Source of the DNA: Eledone cirrhosa
Taxonomy: Eukaryota
Length of the DNA stretch: 64,000 bases
Direction: 5' to 3'
Assembly (NCBI GenBank): GCA_964016885.1
Contig: OZ024743.1
Coordinates: forward strand, 61,194,001-61,258,000
This document shows, in pieces, positions 41,276 to 56,537 of the stretch. Under the pieces are notes generated by a model. That model saw only the letters and a list, made by a program, of their open reading frames with translations, did not search any database and was not told the origin of the DNA. A program made the position numbers and the translations under genes. Every line of letters starts with the position of its first letter. The stretch's first letter is position 1.

Positions 41276-41639
41276 ATGAGTGTTTGTGTATATGTTTATA
41301 TGTAGGAATTATATACAGGTAATGTATACAGTTCTTAGAAAATTGGGTGGTGTGTTGCTTACTACTTATTAGAAGGTGTATGTAACACTGATAGGGTTTG
41401 ATAAATATATTAAGACCAATGTATTAAATGGACCTTGTGGTACCGGATAATAATAATGTCGATGCTTACAATGATGATGGTGATAATGATGATTATAATA
41501 TTGATAATGATAATAACAACGATGATGACCATCAAGATGAAGAAAAAGAAAAAGACGAAATCGTCTGGTAAAGATCGTGAGTGGGGGGATGGGGAAATGT
41601 GGTCAACGAGGACGAAAATTGTTACGAGGTGTTACTTAC

Positions 41640-41654
41640 CTTGACTTTGTCTGC
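41640..41654 (-). CDS. Candidate 15-nt microexon
   Basis: ctgctctgatcctttttacctacattacag|GCAGACAAAGTCAAG|gtaagt: strong acceptor and consensus donor, frame-preserving. Confidence 0.45.
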
Positions 41655-42701
41655 CTGTAATGTAGGTAAAAAGGATCAGAGCAGGTTACCTGGGGGAAGT
41701 AATGTTATGTCAGATACGCTGAAAATACGGAGATTTCTGCTGCCGTGGAACGCGCAACATGATAGCGTTGTGGGCGGAGGTTCAAGAGGTGTAGTAGGAC
41801 AAGGAGGAGGAGAAGAATAATGAGATATGGTAGGAGGAAGTGGAGAGACGTGTATATATGTGATTATATGCGTGAGCGTATGTATGTGAGTTTATGCATG
41901 AGTGTATACCTTTATGTATGTCTATGTATGTATAAATAAAGAAATAAGTATATACATATATATATGTGTGTGTGTGTGTGTGTGTCCGTGTATATATGTC
42001 TACATATGTGCGGGTGAATATATCTGTATGTACGTATGTGTATGTATATTTGTATAAATGTATATGTGTCGGTGTATATTTGTTTCTGTATGTGCGTATA
42101 TATATATATGTTGAGATTGATTGCTTTGATCTATGTGTGTGTGTGTGTATTATTATATATATATCGGTGTGTATGCATATTTATATGAGGAACTCTCTCT
42201 CTCTCCCTCTTTTCTCTCTCTGCTCCTCATACGTATATAAATGTATGTATGAAGTTATGTATGTATGTATTTATCTATGTATTTATGTTTGTATGTATGT
42301 ACATAAGTATGTATATATATTTGTATGTATGTGTGTATGTATGTATGTGTGAGTGTATGTATGATAGTTTGCTAGGTTTGTGCGAACGTGCGTCTCTCTT
42401 CCGTAATGTACATATATGTGTGTATATATATATATATATGTATATGGGTGTGTAGTAATGTATGAATGAAATTTACTTCCTGTTTGTCTGTAAGTATTAC
42501 TCGCGCGCGTCTTTAGAGAGCAGTGATCGAATAGACTTAGAAATCAAAGCGTTCTACCAGAGAATAAAAATCTCGTGTTTTTACACCCCCACCCACACAC
42601 GTGTATATATATATGTCGCATATATGTTATAGAATGCCGTTAGCTTCTTGCTAAAACAATCTCTATACCTCTCATTTATATATATATATATATATATATA
42701 T

Positions 42702-42890
42702 AATTGTTTCTACTTTAGGCACAAGGCCAGCAATTATCCAGTACATTACTGGTACTTTATTTTATCGACCCCGTAAGGATGAAAGGCAAAGTTAACCTCG
42801 GCGTGATTTGAACTCAGACTGTAAAGGGACGTAACTATGCTAGAAAGCATGGCGTCCAACCCTCTACCGATACTGCCAATTCACCGCCCT
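42702..42890 (-). mobile_element. tRNA-derived SINE
   Basis: Same family as 11010-11200. Confidence 0.85.
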
Positions 42891-42926
42891 TATATATATT
42901 ATGTAATAAACAACACAATACAATTA

Positions 42927-42997
42927 TTCCATTACCCAAGGTTTCACGAAGGCAGGCAACCTCAACAGAGGCGTCCGAAGTCGTTCATCAGAAGGAA
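42927..42997 (-). ncRNA. Type I hammerhead ribozyme
   Basis: ttcctt-CTGATGA-acga...tcgt-GAAA-cc-ttg-gg-TA-atggaa. Confidence 0.82.
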
Positions 42998-43109
42998 AAA
43001 TTTAATATGGATATAAGATATGAAATTAAAATTTTATTTTATTTCAGCCTCGCTTTCATTTATAAAAGAATTTGATTTTCATTTCATATCTTACATCCAT
43101 ATTAAATTT

Positions 43110-43180
43110 TTCCTTCTGGTGAACGACTTCGGACGCCTCTGTTGAGGTTGCCTGCCTTCGTGAAACCTTGGGTAATAGAA
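43110..43180 (+). ncRNA. Hammerhead twin with A6G core change
   Basis: Mirror of the left-arm ribozyme but with CTGGTGA. Confidence 0.65.
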
Positions 43181-43272
43181 TAATTATATTGTATTGTTTA
43201 TTAAATAATTAAATAGCTCTGTATTATACATAGAGCACTCTTCTTTTCTTTACCTTTTCTACGGAAAGAGCT

Positions 43273-43306
<34 letters not shown>

Positions 43307-43345
43307 TGTATGTATGTATGTATGTATGTATGTATGTATATGCAT

Positions 43346-43913
43346 GTGACCTGTCCCGTGGTCGGGTCGTTGGCGACTAAACTGGCAACCCCACCAAGGT
43401 TTCTTGGTGAGGAGGGTGACTTTGGACATCCTGCAGGACTAAAAACAAAACCTGTCAAAGGGCAAAGGAGCTCTTAAGAGTCAATTGCCATCTAAAGTCA
43501 CTGGGAGAGATGACCCCTTAGCCTTTGTCAAGGCAGAATTTTAGGAGAAGGAAAACTCTGATATAACACCTGCAACCCTGATGGTATCCAATGATGTCGA
43601 CTTGTTCTTCTTTTTGGTAAATATCATCTTGGTTAAGAGAGTGTGACTGGCTTTGTGCAGTGCCTTTACTCACTATAAAAGCTTCACGGCACAGGCATTG
43701 CTTTATATCTGGAGATCTCTCTGCACATGTCGTCACATGGTACCATGGGCCCAGCACTATGTGTCAATAATTGTCACAAGTGTAGTGTTTGTACCAGAGT
43801 TTTCAAGTCGCTGGCTGGACTAAAAAGTCACACTCGTTCAGCGCATCGGTAGCGGTTCTCCTACATGGATATAACGTAGTGGCTGTACTCGAAAACGAGT
43901 TGGCAGCCACCAT
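43346..43913 (+). mobile_element. Non-autonomous RTE-derived element with HDV-like ribozyme remnant at its 5' end
   Basis: Longer copy of 3314-3715; begins gtgacc-tgtcccgt-ggtc-gggtcgtt-gg-cga-ctaa-actgg. Confidence 0.7.
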
Positions 43914-43974
43914 ATGCATGTGTATATATGTATATATATAAATGTATATACATGTATGCATGTGTATGTACATG

Positions 43975-44304
43975 CCGGGACATAGAAATAGTCGAACTGG
44001 AAACCCGATTGAGCGGTTAAACCACTGGGAGTGAAGCAGCCTATCCCTTGTCAGGGCATTCTTCTAGGAGAAGGCAACTCAGGAAACTAGTATGACTCCG
44101 AAATAAAACCTGCGGCTCAGTTGTTACCGATGATGTTGATCTTTTCTTCTTTTCGGGTCGCTCAGAGAGTGGGATTGGCTCAGTGCACAGTTTTTCCTCA
44201 CTTTAAAAATATTCTTCACGCACTGGCATTGCACGATAGCACTTATAATTATTAATAATGTTATATCGAGCAATGGCCATACTCAATAACGAGGGGGCAG
44301 CCAT

Positions 44305-44307
<3 letters not shown>
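43975..44307 (+). mobile_element. Second RTE-derived short element
   Basis: ctaggagaaggcaactc motif and the 3' end tggccatactcaataacgagggggcagcc shared with 23803-23838. Confidence 0.65.
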
Positions 44308-45422
<1,115 letters not shown>

Positions 45423-45463
45423 ATATATATATATGTGTGTGTGTGTGTGTGCGTGTATATATA

Positions 45464-45572
<109 letters not shown>

Positions 45573-45716
45573 ATATATATATATATAAATGTACATATGT
45601 ATATGTGTGTGTATATATATGTATATGTGTGTGTATATATATATATGCGTGTGTGTATATATGTATATATGTATATATCTATATGTATATATCTATATGT
45701 ATATATGTATATTTTT

Positions 45717-47236
45717 CTAGGGCAGGTAAAATTCCCGAGATCCATGGACGAGTTCTCTCCAGCAGTCTTTGTCCCTCATTATCGCTGCCATGTCCTGTGT
45801 CTCCAACAGACCAGTGTCTGTCCTTAGGGCATCAACATACGTTAACCTTGGTCTTCCTCTTCCAGTGTGTCCATGTAGGTGCTCCCACAGGAGCACTGAG
45901 TGCAATATCAACTCTGGATGTGGGTGAGCATGTCCAGCTAACCGCAGTCTCCTCTGTATCACATTTGAGCTGACATTTGGGAGGCTCCCATACAGCTCTG
46001 AGCTTTTCATCCTCAGTGTATACTGATTAATGTTCAGAGTCATCCTCAGTATTCTCGTGTAGCACCCATCCAAAATCTGAGTGAGTTTCTTGGTCAGTGT
46101 CCAAGTCTCGGACCCGTACAGCAGCACAGATTCCACTACAGCAATGAAGAGGCGGATTTTCAGGTCTTTACCGGCTTGTTCTGAGTGAGGTCCGGGTGAG
46201 CTTAAGAAAGAGCAAGGCTCAGCCCAGGAGAGCAATCTATGACTGGGGAGCTTTCAAAGAAGATGATAAGCTACAGGAGAGGTTCATATTGGAAGTGAGG
46301 AACAGGTTCAGTGATCTGTGTGGAGAGACAGAGAAGAGAGAGATTGGATGGACTGAGGAAAGTCTGACGAGGAGGTACGGGCACTTCACCAATGCAGTGG
46401 CGGAAGCAAGTAAGACCCTGGTGCCGAGGAGAAAGAACAAAAGGAAGCACGTCAGCTCTGCAGACCCAAAAGTGTGTGCAGCCAGAGAACACCTGAAAGC
46501 TGCCAAGGACCAATTCTATGCTGATCCTACGGAGGAGAAGATGGAGACTGTGGAGGTGATAAGGGAAGAACTCTGTACCGTTTACACTGAGGTCAGAGAG
46601 GAGGCACTGATAGAGAAGATCAGAAGTGTGGAGAGAGCGGTTAACAGGTCTGGATGTAAGGACAGTTGGATGATCATCAACGAGATCACAGGGAGGAAGA
46701 GAAGGTGTTCGAGTCAGATCCAGGGAACAGAGCCTGAGGATAGGAAGAGGAAATGGCTAGACCATTTTAGGACCCTACTAGGAGAGCCGCCCTCCACAGC
46801 TCAGAGCACTGGGGAGATCAGGCGGCTGTTTGAAGAACTAGATATTGAGACAGAGCCCTTCACCGGAGTGGAGCTTCAGAGAGCCAAGAAGATCAAGGAG
46901 GGCAAGGCTCATGGAGAAGATACAGTGGCATCAGAGGTGATGAAGAGGTGTGATTTTGATGATACCATCCTGGGGTTCTGTAACCAGGCACTGGAGAAAG
47001 GAGTTGCCCCGAATCAGTCGAGGTTCAGTAACATCGTCCCAGTGCCAAAGAAGGGAGATCTCTCTAACACCAACAACTACAGGGGATCTCACTGACGTCA
47101 CTTGTGGCAAAGACCCTCAACAGGATGATTCTGAACAGGATCCAGCCTGGGATGGAGAAGAAGCTCAGGGACAATCAGAACGGCTTCAGAGAGGGAAGAT
47201 CAACCACCAGTCACATCCTGATGCTGAGGAGGATAT
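45717..47236 (-). mobile_element. RTE-X-like LINE with 5' inversion
   Basis: 3' part on minus (45717-46168); upstream linker and RT start on plus (46169-47236); middle of the RT deleted. Confidence 0.88.
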
Positions 47237-47237
47237 C

Positions 47238-47320
<83 letters not shown>

Positions 47321-47482
47321 ATGTATATGTATATATATATATATGTATATATATATATAAAAGAGAAAATTGAGAGTGTATAACACTCAACTTATCAGAT
47401 ACGCAGTATATGGTTAGCTCAATGTCTGAAGACAGAGCCGTAATACAATTAACAACAAAGAGCGCTTAGAACATAGGTATAT

Positions 47483-47540
47483 CTTTAATTGCTGACAATG
47501 TTTCGTCCACACTAAAAGTGGGACTCTTCAGAGCTTAAAG
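47483..47540 (-). ncRNA. Minimal type I hammerhead (left arm)
   Basis: Reverse complement of 48755-48812. Confidence 0.88.
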
Positions 47541-48754
47541 AGTAGATACAGAGTATAGAAGCATTAACAAATCCAAAACAGAATATAATGTGGGGATATC
47601 ATAAGGTGGGAGGAATTTAAAGTATTTTTCATGTACAAGATAAGGGATAAAAAATAAAAAATAAAAAATAAAAAATAAAAAATAAAAAATAAAAAATAAA
47701 AAATAAAAAATAAAAAATAAAAAATAAAAAATAAAAAATAAAAAATAAAAAATATAAAATAAAATCAAGCAAAAGATAGTGAATATGAGGAATATACTAA
47801 TACTATTAAGGATACGGATCTAAAATGTTATCACTCACAGTTGGGTAGGGTTATATTATGACCGGCAATCATGGAAGCAATGATGTGATTGGTTAACACA
47901 CAGCTACGTATGCATACACTCACATAAAAGTAAACGTATAAGCATGAGCACCCGCATGCACCTACACGCAAGCACCCATATGCAATACAGGAAGTATACA
48001 CTAATATAAATAACATATCAAAAACGGATGGGCACATACTCCATACTGTGACAAAATATAGCAATAACAGTAGAAACGATGACATATAACATGGAGGAGT
48101 ACAATATAAAGAAATATAATAAATTATAAAAACATATAAAAATATGGGAACATAAGGACAAATAACGGAAGGAACATACATGGTAGGAAACTCATAAGGA
48201 GTACACCGTAATGGATGAGAAATAAACAATAAAGGAATAAGAATATAAAAAGTATAAAATGCATGGTAAAAATCTTTTTTTAAAAGAAGTTAAGAGATAA
48301 AAATAGATAAAAAATAGATAAAAATAGATAAAAAATAGATAAAAAATAGATAAAAAATAGATAAAAAATAGATAAAAAATAGATAAAAAAATAAAGTAAA
48401 ATATACACCATAAAGGAAGGTGTGAATAAAGATGAGACTGGCAAAGGTATAAGTTATCAAGCTATGTGCAACAAGTGATATACGTAAAATATATAAAATA
48501 TATAAAAGAAACATATATATAAGGATATATATATATATCAGTCAAAATAATACATATTTATAAAAATAACTGGGGGTAAATAAGGTAATAAGGATAATAT
48601 GGATGATAATGAAGGCATGTAATGATAATAGTAGTATAGGTGCTAGTTTCCTAATATTGGAAATAATGTCAGTAAATTCCTCCCACCTTATGATATCCCC
48701 ACATTATATTCTTCTGTTTTGGATTTGTTAATGCTTCTATACTCTGTATCTACT

Positions 48755-48812
48755 CTTTAAGCTCTGAAGAGTCCCACTTTTAGTGTGGACGAAACATTGT
48801 CAGCAATTAAAG
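48755..48812 (+). ncRNA. Minimal type I hammerhead (right arm)
   Basis: gct-CTGAAGA-gtcccac-tttta-gtgtggac-GAAA-cattg-TC-agc. Confidence 0.88.
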
Positions 48813-48859
48813 ATATACCTATGTTCTAAGCGCTCTTTGTTGTTAATTGTATGTATATA

Positions 48860-48929
<70 letters not shown>

Positions 48930-48933
<4 letters not shown>

Positions 48934-50980
48934 GTTGGCCACAACTTACTTTCCCTATTTTTCCACGGTCACTTTTTTGCATGTTTCTTTCACCTGTGTC
49001 TTCCCACGATGGGATCTGTACACTTTTTTTTCTTCTATTCCTTTCCTATTTTCCCCTTCTGCCTCTCTCCTCATCTCCCCCCTATGCTTCCTCCTTTCCC
49101 TCTCTTTCCTTCTCTTTCTCCTTTTATTCTCTCTTTCTCTCTCCTTTTCCACCTGGCCTTTTGATTAATAAAAGGCCTCGGGCGCACCCGAACTACACCG
49201 ATGTCCTGTAATTCAGCGCCGAAACATCGGTTCGGGAAACATTTACAGCTGACGATGGAAACTCATTTCTTCCTTTCTCCTCCTGTTCCGTCCTAACCAC
49301 CATCCTAAACCTTGTTTTTAGTAACCACACAGCTTCTTTCGTTTCATGCTGCTTCTAATTCCAATAGCCGTGCTTTAGAGACTGTTGACCAAAGGGCAAC
49401 AAGGCTTGCGGCTGATTCTCAACGGAAAATGCGTACTTATGTCTTTCCGAGGGATTCTTCTTGTTACTGGTCTAAGAAAGGTTTTCAATACAACCCCCAA
49501 GAGGACTACGCATCCCATCCACATATCATCATTGGTAGTATGTCAACTGTTTGCGTCCATTGTAATGCAATGAGGTGGCCAGCGGAATCTACCGGTATAT
49601 GTTGCTCCAATGGAACGGTTAGATTGCCTTATTTACAAGTCGGTGCCGAACCTTTGAATTCTCTGCTGCTTGGAGACCACCCTGATTCTAAACACTTTTT
49701 CAGAAATATAAGAGCCTACAATTCGGCTTTCCAAATGACATGCTTTGGTCATACACCAATAAAAGATGGGAATTATATGCCCACATTTAAAGTGCAAGGC
49801 CAAATTTACCATCAAATAGGATCACTTATTCCACAAGATGGCAAAGAACACAGTTTTCTCCAGATCTACTTTATGGGCAACGGACCTGAAGAAATTGCAC
49901 GAAGGGCTTCAGTTGCTAAAAGAACGACACCTTCTCTTCTGCAGCCCCTTCAATATATGCTTCATTCCATAAACCCGTACATCACCATTTTCAAAACTGC
50001 TTTACAACGTAGAGATGCTAACAACAATCAATAAAAGGTTGTCATTCGAAATGACCGCGCTCCACCAGGGCAGCATCAGGGTTGCTTTAATAGACCCCAA
50101 ACCGATGAAGTTGCGGTGATTATAACACGTCCTAATGAGAGCGCTTCAAACCGTGATATTGTTATTGAATGTCAGGACTCGCATCTTCAAAAAATAAATG
50201 AACTTCATCCCGCATATGATGCTCTCCAGTATCCATTGCTGTTCCCCTTTGGCGACGATGGCTACCGCATTGATTTGCAAAAGTGTAATCCTGTAAGCTT
50301 AATGCATCTTACACCAGGGAAAACCATTTCACAAATGGAATTTTATGCATTTAGACTTATGTTTCGCAAAAACGACGTCAACATTCTGCATAGAACACGG
50401 ATGCTCCTCATCAATACCGTGTAGACATATGTGCTAAGATTGACACTGAACGCCTCCAATGGATAAGACATCATCAAAAGGAACTGCGTTCAGAAGAATA
50501 CGGCAATCTACGTGACGAAGTAAACCGAAATGATCAGGCTAATGCTTCGGATGTTGGGCTTTCTGTCATTCTCCCATCATCATACTCTGGAGGCCCCCGT
50601 TACATGCATGAAAAAATGCAGGATGCTCTGACCTATGTCCGCCATTGTGGCCGTCCTGATCTTTTTATCACCTTTACATGCAATCCAAAATGGTTTGACA
50701 TCCGGTCTCATTTACTGTTTGTCTTTTGGTTATCAATAAAAAAAATTACACATTGTTCAACCGACACGGCTAACGATACAATTCTCTATGTTCACATTTT
50801 AATGACACATATCTGTAAATAAAACTTGCTCTTTTTGAATACCGTCTCATTTTTTTTTTATTGAAAGAGTTGATCAGGTAAAATTATCCTCCAAGTTAAA
50901 TATACAACACGGAAATTGACCATTAACATTGCAGCCCTACCAAGAACTGACACCGTCCAATGGACGGGGGTCATTTGCTA

Positions 50981-50981
<1 letters not shown>
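48930..50981 (+). mobile_element. Internally deleted Helitron (N-terminal Rep region only)
   Basis: CVHCNA..ICCSNG, IRAYNSAFQMT, QGQIYHQIGSL, YDALQYPLLF, LPSSYSGGPRYM, PDLFITFTCNPKW, with stops and frameshifts. 3' hairpin ccgtcc-aat-ggacgg and CTAG|T; the 5' TC is tentative. Confidence 0.88.
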
Positions 50982-51055
<74 letters not shown>

Positions 51056-51056
51056 T

Positions 51057-51174
51057 AAGTTGTAATAAGATGAAAACGAAATTTCATTTCTCACTCTTAG
51101 TACGGCACTTACTTAAATGTAAGTATGTATGTATACGTACATACATATATGTATACAGACGTACAGTAGCATGC

Positions 51175-51205
<31 letters not shown>

Positions 51206-51902
51206 CATACATATATACATACAGGTACACATACATATATGCACGTATCAGTTTAGCGGACGCTTATTATAACGCCCGCTTTGTTCGTTTGTAAACAAAC
51301 TGAACAGCCTGAATTTATTCCGTACGGTGTTAAGGCAACCACGTCACCTTTTTGTTCAACACTGACACAGGAACGATGTACTAGTTTAAAGCTTGTTAGC
51401 TATCATCAGCACCGTATACCCTTCTGCCAGATAGTTGAACGTTCGAAAGTATATACTTTCCTTATGAAAATTAACGGCTGAGCAGCCTAATTTGCATATC
51501 GAGTGAGTTAAGTCGGTCAGGCGTACCGAAAACGACAAGTTGTAATAAAATGAAAACGAAATTTCATTTCTCACTCTTAGTACGGCACTTACTTAAATGT
51601 AAGTATGTATGTATACGTACATACATATATGTATACAGGCGTACAGTAGCATGCATATATATATATATACATATACATACATATATACATACAGGTACAC
51701 ATACATATATGCACGTATCAGTTTAGCGAACGCTTATTATAACGCCCGCTTTGTTCGTTTGTAAACAAACTGAACAGCCTGAATTTATGCCGTACGGTGT
51801 TAAGACAACCACGTCACTTTTTTTTGTATGTATACGTCTGTATACATATATGTATACGTCTGTATACATATATGTATGTACGTATAAATTCAGGCTGTTC
51901 AA
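51057..51902 (-). mobile_element. Retrozyme-like ~1.6-mer of a 480 bp unit plus inverted stub; degenerate HHR 51373-51415
   Basis: 51057-51346 repeats at 51537-51817; acggtg-CTGATGA-t-agct-aaca-agct-t-TAAA-ctag-TA-catcgt; inverted piece at ~51832-51902. Confidence 0.75.
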
Positions 51903-51931
51903 TTTTCATAACTTTCTTATTTACGTCTTTC

Positions 51932-51983
<52 letters not shown>

Positions 51984-52131
51984 GTATATATTTATATGTA
52001 TGTATATATGTGTGTGTGTGTGTGTATACCAGGTGTGTGTGTGTCCCCCCTCCCCCCAATGTATACATACTTCAACAGCATTCTAATAAATATTGCTTGT
52101 ACAGGTAATCAAAGTGTATACATTTTGGGGA

Positions 52132-52174
<43 letters not shown>

Positions 52175-52179
52175 TTCTC

Positions 52180-52340
<161 letters not shown>

Positions 52341-52377
52341 GAGAGTAAAACAAAGAATCCTTTAATACATCAAAAGT

Positions 52378-52431
52378 TTTTATTAGCCGACAATGTTTCG
52401 TCCTATTAAGGACTCATCAGGGCAATCAAAA
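52378..52431 (-). ncRNA. Minimal type I hammerhead (left arm)
   Basis: Reverse complement of 53002-53055. Confidence 0.9.
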
Positions 52432-53001
52432 CAACAAGAGGTAATTTCGGCAGATACAAGCCAGAAACTCTGAAGAATATGGGGTTTACATACACTAATG
52501 TCTTACAAGGATATACGATAATAAAAATGAGGATAAAACTAATAAAATTATAATAACTAAGGATGTAGATGACATTAAGAACCATATTACAAATATGGTC
52601 CAAAGTCACCAACTTAAATCTAAACAAATTTGGTTATATAGAACAGGAATTATATATAACACAGTATAATACATTCTAATAATAATATATCTATACCAAC
52701 ACTGAAATTCCAAATCAATTTGAAATTTCAGTGTTGGTATAGATATATTATTATTAGAATGTATTATACTGTGTTATATATAATTCCTGTTCTATATAAC
52801 CAAATTTGTTTAGATTTAAGTTGGTGACTTTGGACCATATTTGTAATATGGTTCTTAATGTCATCTACATCCTTAGTTATTATAATTTTATTAGTTTTAT
52901 CCTCATTTTTATTATCGTATATCCTTGTAAGACATTAGTGTATGTAAACCCCATATTCTTCAGAGTTTCTGGCTTGTATCTGCCGAAATTACCTCTTGTT
53001 G

Positions 53002-53055
53002 TTTTGATTGCCCTGATGAGTCCTTAATAGGACGAAACATTGTCGGCTAATAAAA
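53002..53055 (+). ncRNA. Minimal type I hammerhead (right arm)
   Basis: gcc-CTGATGA-gtcc-ttaata-ggac-GAAA-cattg-TC-ggc. Confidence 0.9.
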
Positions 53056-53194
53056 ACTTTTGATGTATTAAAGGATTCTTTGTTTTACTCTCTTAATTTT
53101 TCGGCTCTGTTTAACTGCATTGAGCTATACCTTTTACTGTCATTTCTATAATACGAAGAGGGTGTTTGACTCAAACACGCTCCAGTATTCTAAT

Positions 53195-53232
<38 letters not shown>

Positions 53233-53404
53233 CAGGAACTATATTGTTCAATGTATCCTTTATTTCAGACGCTAGTGTATGATTTGGTGGAATTAGATTG
53301 CTATATCTAGCATGTCGAGTGACCACATGTTTCTTACCGTATCGGTCTGTTGTATGTGACCGTATATATGTTTGTGACGATTGCACACATATATACATGT
53401 CGTA

Positions 53405-53690
53405 AGGGCGTGTGCTTTAGTGGTTAGGTTGTTCAGCTTACGAATCTATGGTTGTGTGTTCGACGACCCGTGATGCAGTGTGTCCTTGAACAACGCAGAT
53501 TATTTCACGTTGCCCAATTCGAAGGTCCAGCTTTTTCACGCATTTTGTCACAATGAATCTCCCTGGGAACTACGCTAAGGGTACACGTTTTTGTGGAATG
53601 TTTAGTGACATTCACGTTATTTTCACAAGCAGGCCGTTCTGTTGATCAAACAATTGGACACTCGTCGAGGCCGACGGAATTCCAACAACA
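53405..53690 (+). mobile_element. Diverged tRNA-derived SINE (CORE-like)
   Basis: tagtggttagg and gttcgac boxes, tgtgtccttgaacaa; the 3' part is shared with 62040-62190. Confidence 0.55.
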
Positions 53691-54017
53691 CAGTAAGCAT
53701 GGCTAAGTGGTTAAGATGTTCGCTTCGCAAACTGAGGAATCGGGCGCACTGTGTATATAATCAAGAGGTGAAATCTTGTCACGTTCTGTCACGTTCTGTC
53801 ACGCTTTTTTCAACTACTTATATATATGGGTTTGTGCGAACGAGCATCTCTCTTCCGTAATGTACAGTTTGGATGCGACCACCCATGTAAACTCGCATAT
53901 CTGAAGGGATGTCGACTAAGACTCAGGATCCGATCGCTTGATCAAACCCAAGCTGATCAATATCTAAACAATTCTAATATGTAATAAAGTTTCATAGCAA
54001 GCTGCAAAGTTGACTGA

Positions 54018-54186
<169 letters not shown>

Positions 54187-54319
54187 AATAAATAATGAAT
54201 CAAAACATATTAAATATGTTTAGAATTTTGTATTTAAGCAAGATCAATTGACTTTATCTATTGTCATAATAATCAAATAAAGAGATATATGTATATACTG
54301 AGAGAAAGAGCCATATATT

Positions 54320-54458
54320 CTTTGACGCATAGAGTTACTGCCCTTGCCATTCCGAGTTCAAATCTCGCCGAGGTTAACTTTGCCTATCCATCCTGACGGG
54401 GTCGATAAAATAAAGCACCAATAATGCACGGGCCTTGAGCCAAAAGGAGAAACAATTA
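54320..54458 (+). mobile_element. Partial SINE
   Basis: Same family as 11010-11200. Confidence 0.8.
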
Positions 54459-54459
54459 T

Positions 54460-55080
54460 GTTAAATCAAAATGATCAAATCCAAAACCTTATGCACGATT
54501 ACATTACTTCCATATTTGTACACCTCAACTGGTATTGCATCATCATCAGCCGATTTACATGATACCATTAATTTTATAGCTGTTTTGACTTCGGTATATA
54601 TTGGGTCAAAGTTCAATTCAGGGATTTCCTTAAAGGAATTGAATCGATGACATCATGATCCACAACAGATGGAGAATTTAAAACTATTTCAAAATGTAAG
54701 TGAATCCATCCGATGATAATATCGGCAAGGACTCACGTTGCTGAGTGTCATAAGCCCCTTTTATGCCTTCACAGAAGGCTTTCATATATCCTTTCTATCA
54801 GCAGCAGTTTGAAGCTGGACTGCTTTTGATGACCAGCACTTGTCTTTCATTTTCCTCAAGGTCCGTTGAACAATGTGTTTACAGTCCAAATATTTCTTTT
54901 TTCCTGAAGCTCTTTTGTTGGCAATTAAATCGACACCAGTGTATGTGTGTTATTGTGGTGTGTATGAGATCTGGAAACTAGTAAGGACAACAAAAATATT
55001 TGATACACCGGAGCTCAGCAATTTCAGATAATATAAAGATGGTAAGGGTGAGGAAGGACATGTCCTGTATGTGCACTCCT
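54460..55080 (-). pseudogene. Old RTE ORF2 fragment
   Basis: Hand translation EVKTAIKLMVSCKSADDDAIPVEVYKYG; heavily decayed. Confidence 0.55.
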
Positions 55081-55336
55081 AAAGATTTAAAGACAAACAT
55101 GCATTAATTCATCCCTCGCATGCAGTTCTCCAGATACAACCAAAGAGAAAGGATCATAGTTAACAAAGGAGCCTGGGCAAAATTGTGAACTATCATGGAA
55201 AACAAAGCAACTGGCATATGCCCATGTATAGGAGGAAATTTTGGAACAGAATAGAGAGAATAATGGAGATAGAAGATGATGGCAACTCGTATGATGACAA
55301 CAAAAATACCAGTGTATGGTGTTTATTGATGCTACC

Positions 55337-55462
<126 letters not shown>

Positions 55463-55734
55463 CTACTGCCCACATCAGTGATCACACATTCTAGCTACCA
55501 CCCTCAGCAACCACCCACCTGAGATATCACCCGACTAAACTACTGCCAGGCGAATACATCATACACCTCAGCTTCCACTCCAATCAGCCACCGCTCACCT
55601 TAGCTACCACCCACCTTAGCTAACTGCACACTTCCAGTAACCACCCACCACAAACAATACTTTCCAAGGCACCCACGCAATCCTTAAGAACAGCAGGAAA
55701 CAAGACTCAGAAAACAGCCAGATGCTACTAGCTA

Positions 55735-56000
55735 CACGTCTGTCAATGTATTTAGACTTCATTTGATCGGGGAAAAACATCTAGGGTGTACGAAAAGATA
55801 AGAAAAGGTGATTGGCCCAACAAAAGGTACGACAGCACCTCTGAAAACCATATCAAGTAACATTATCAAAAACACCAGAAGGGAGATAATGAAATATCAT
55901 GGAATGTTTGCCTGTCGTAGTGGAATATGGTGCATTGCCGACTGTCGAAGGCTGAGTGAAGTTATTAACAGCCGTCCCACTATCAAAGAACTATGAATAT
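55735..56000 (+). pseudogene. Old RTE linker fragment
   Basis: KVIGPTKGTTAPLKTISSNII resembles an RTE EN-RT linker. Confidence 0.45.
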
Positions 56001-56447
56001 CAATGCACATACAAGAACTAGTGATGCAATGCTGGAGGGGCGAAGCAGTTTGGCAGGACACGAGAGACTGCAATATTGCCTGCTTGTAGGAGAAAAAATG
56101 GGAGAGAAGTGACTTTACCCCTACATAGTATCTGTTTTCTGAGCAAGGTGGGGAAAGTTTTTGTCAACGAGGGTCTGAATAGACTGCAGATCATCGTCGA
56201 ATGAATATATCCGGAGTCTCAGTGTAGTTTCAGTGTTTTTGATCAGCCTTGTCACTTGATGTATCTCCATCACAATGAAGATAGTGTTACTATGAAATGT
56301 GTACGCCAATACCACAATAGCACTTCATTGCGTAGGTCTCCTATAATGGGAATCCCATATCTTGTATCATACGGTTGATTGTTGTTGTAGCAATGGGAAT
56401 AACATGCTTGTCTGTGACAATGAAAAGCCGTTACATCCGTAGTTTAC

Positions 56448-56537
56448 CTGCCCCAGAGGAACCTCAGTAAAAGTAGCAGTGGCAGCAGTCGCATTTCTGT
56501 TGTTGATCGGGTGGCTGCGTCCTCTGTTGCTGATGTT
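56448..56537 (-). CDS. Candidate 90-nt exon
   Basis: ttttaaaag|...CAG|gtaaac; open in phase 0 (NISNRGRSHPINNRNATAATATFTEVPLGQ) and phase 2. Confidence 0.2.

Larger units (their letters stand above)
42904..43273 (+). mobile_element. Fold-back hammerhead element with tail
   Basis: 42904-43026 mirrors 43081-43203; the tail resembles 38036-38112. Confidence 0.85.
47360..48852 (-). mobile_element. Fold-back hammerhead element, ~178 bp arms, tail on the left
   Basis: 47443-47619 mirrors 48673-48852; A-rich spacer with 7- and 11-mer repeats; tail 47360-47442. Confidence 0.85.

Noticed and set aside
49155-49262. GC-rich hairpins with GAAA and CTGACGA in the Helitron 5' region
   Set aside because: Order and pairing do not fit any hammerhead topology I could build.
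52406-53027. Two identical 73 aa ORFs on opposite strands
   Set aside because: A by-product of the palindrome; no protein motifs.
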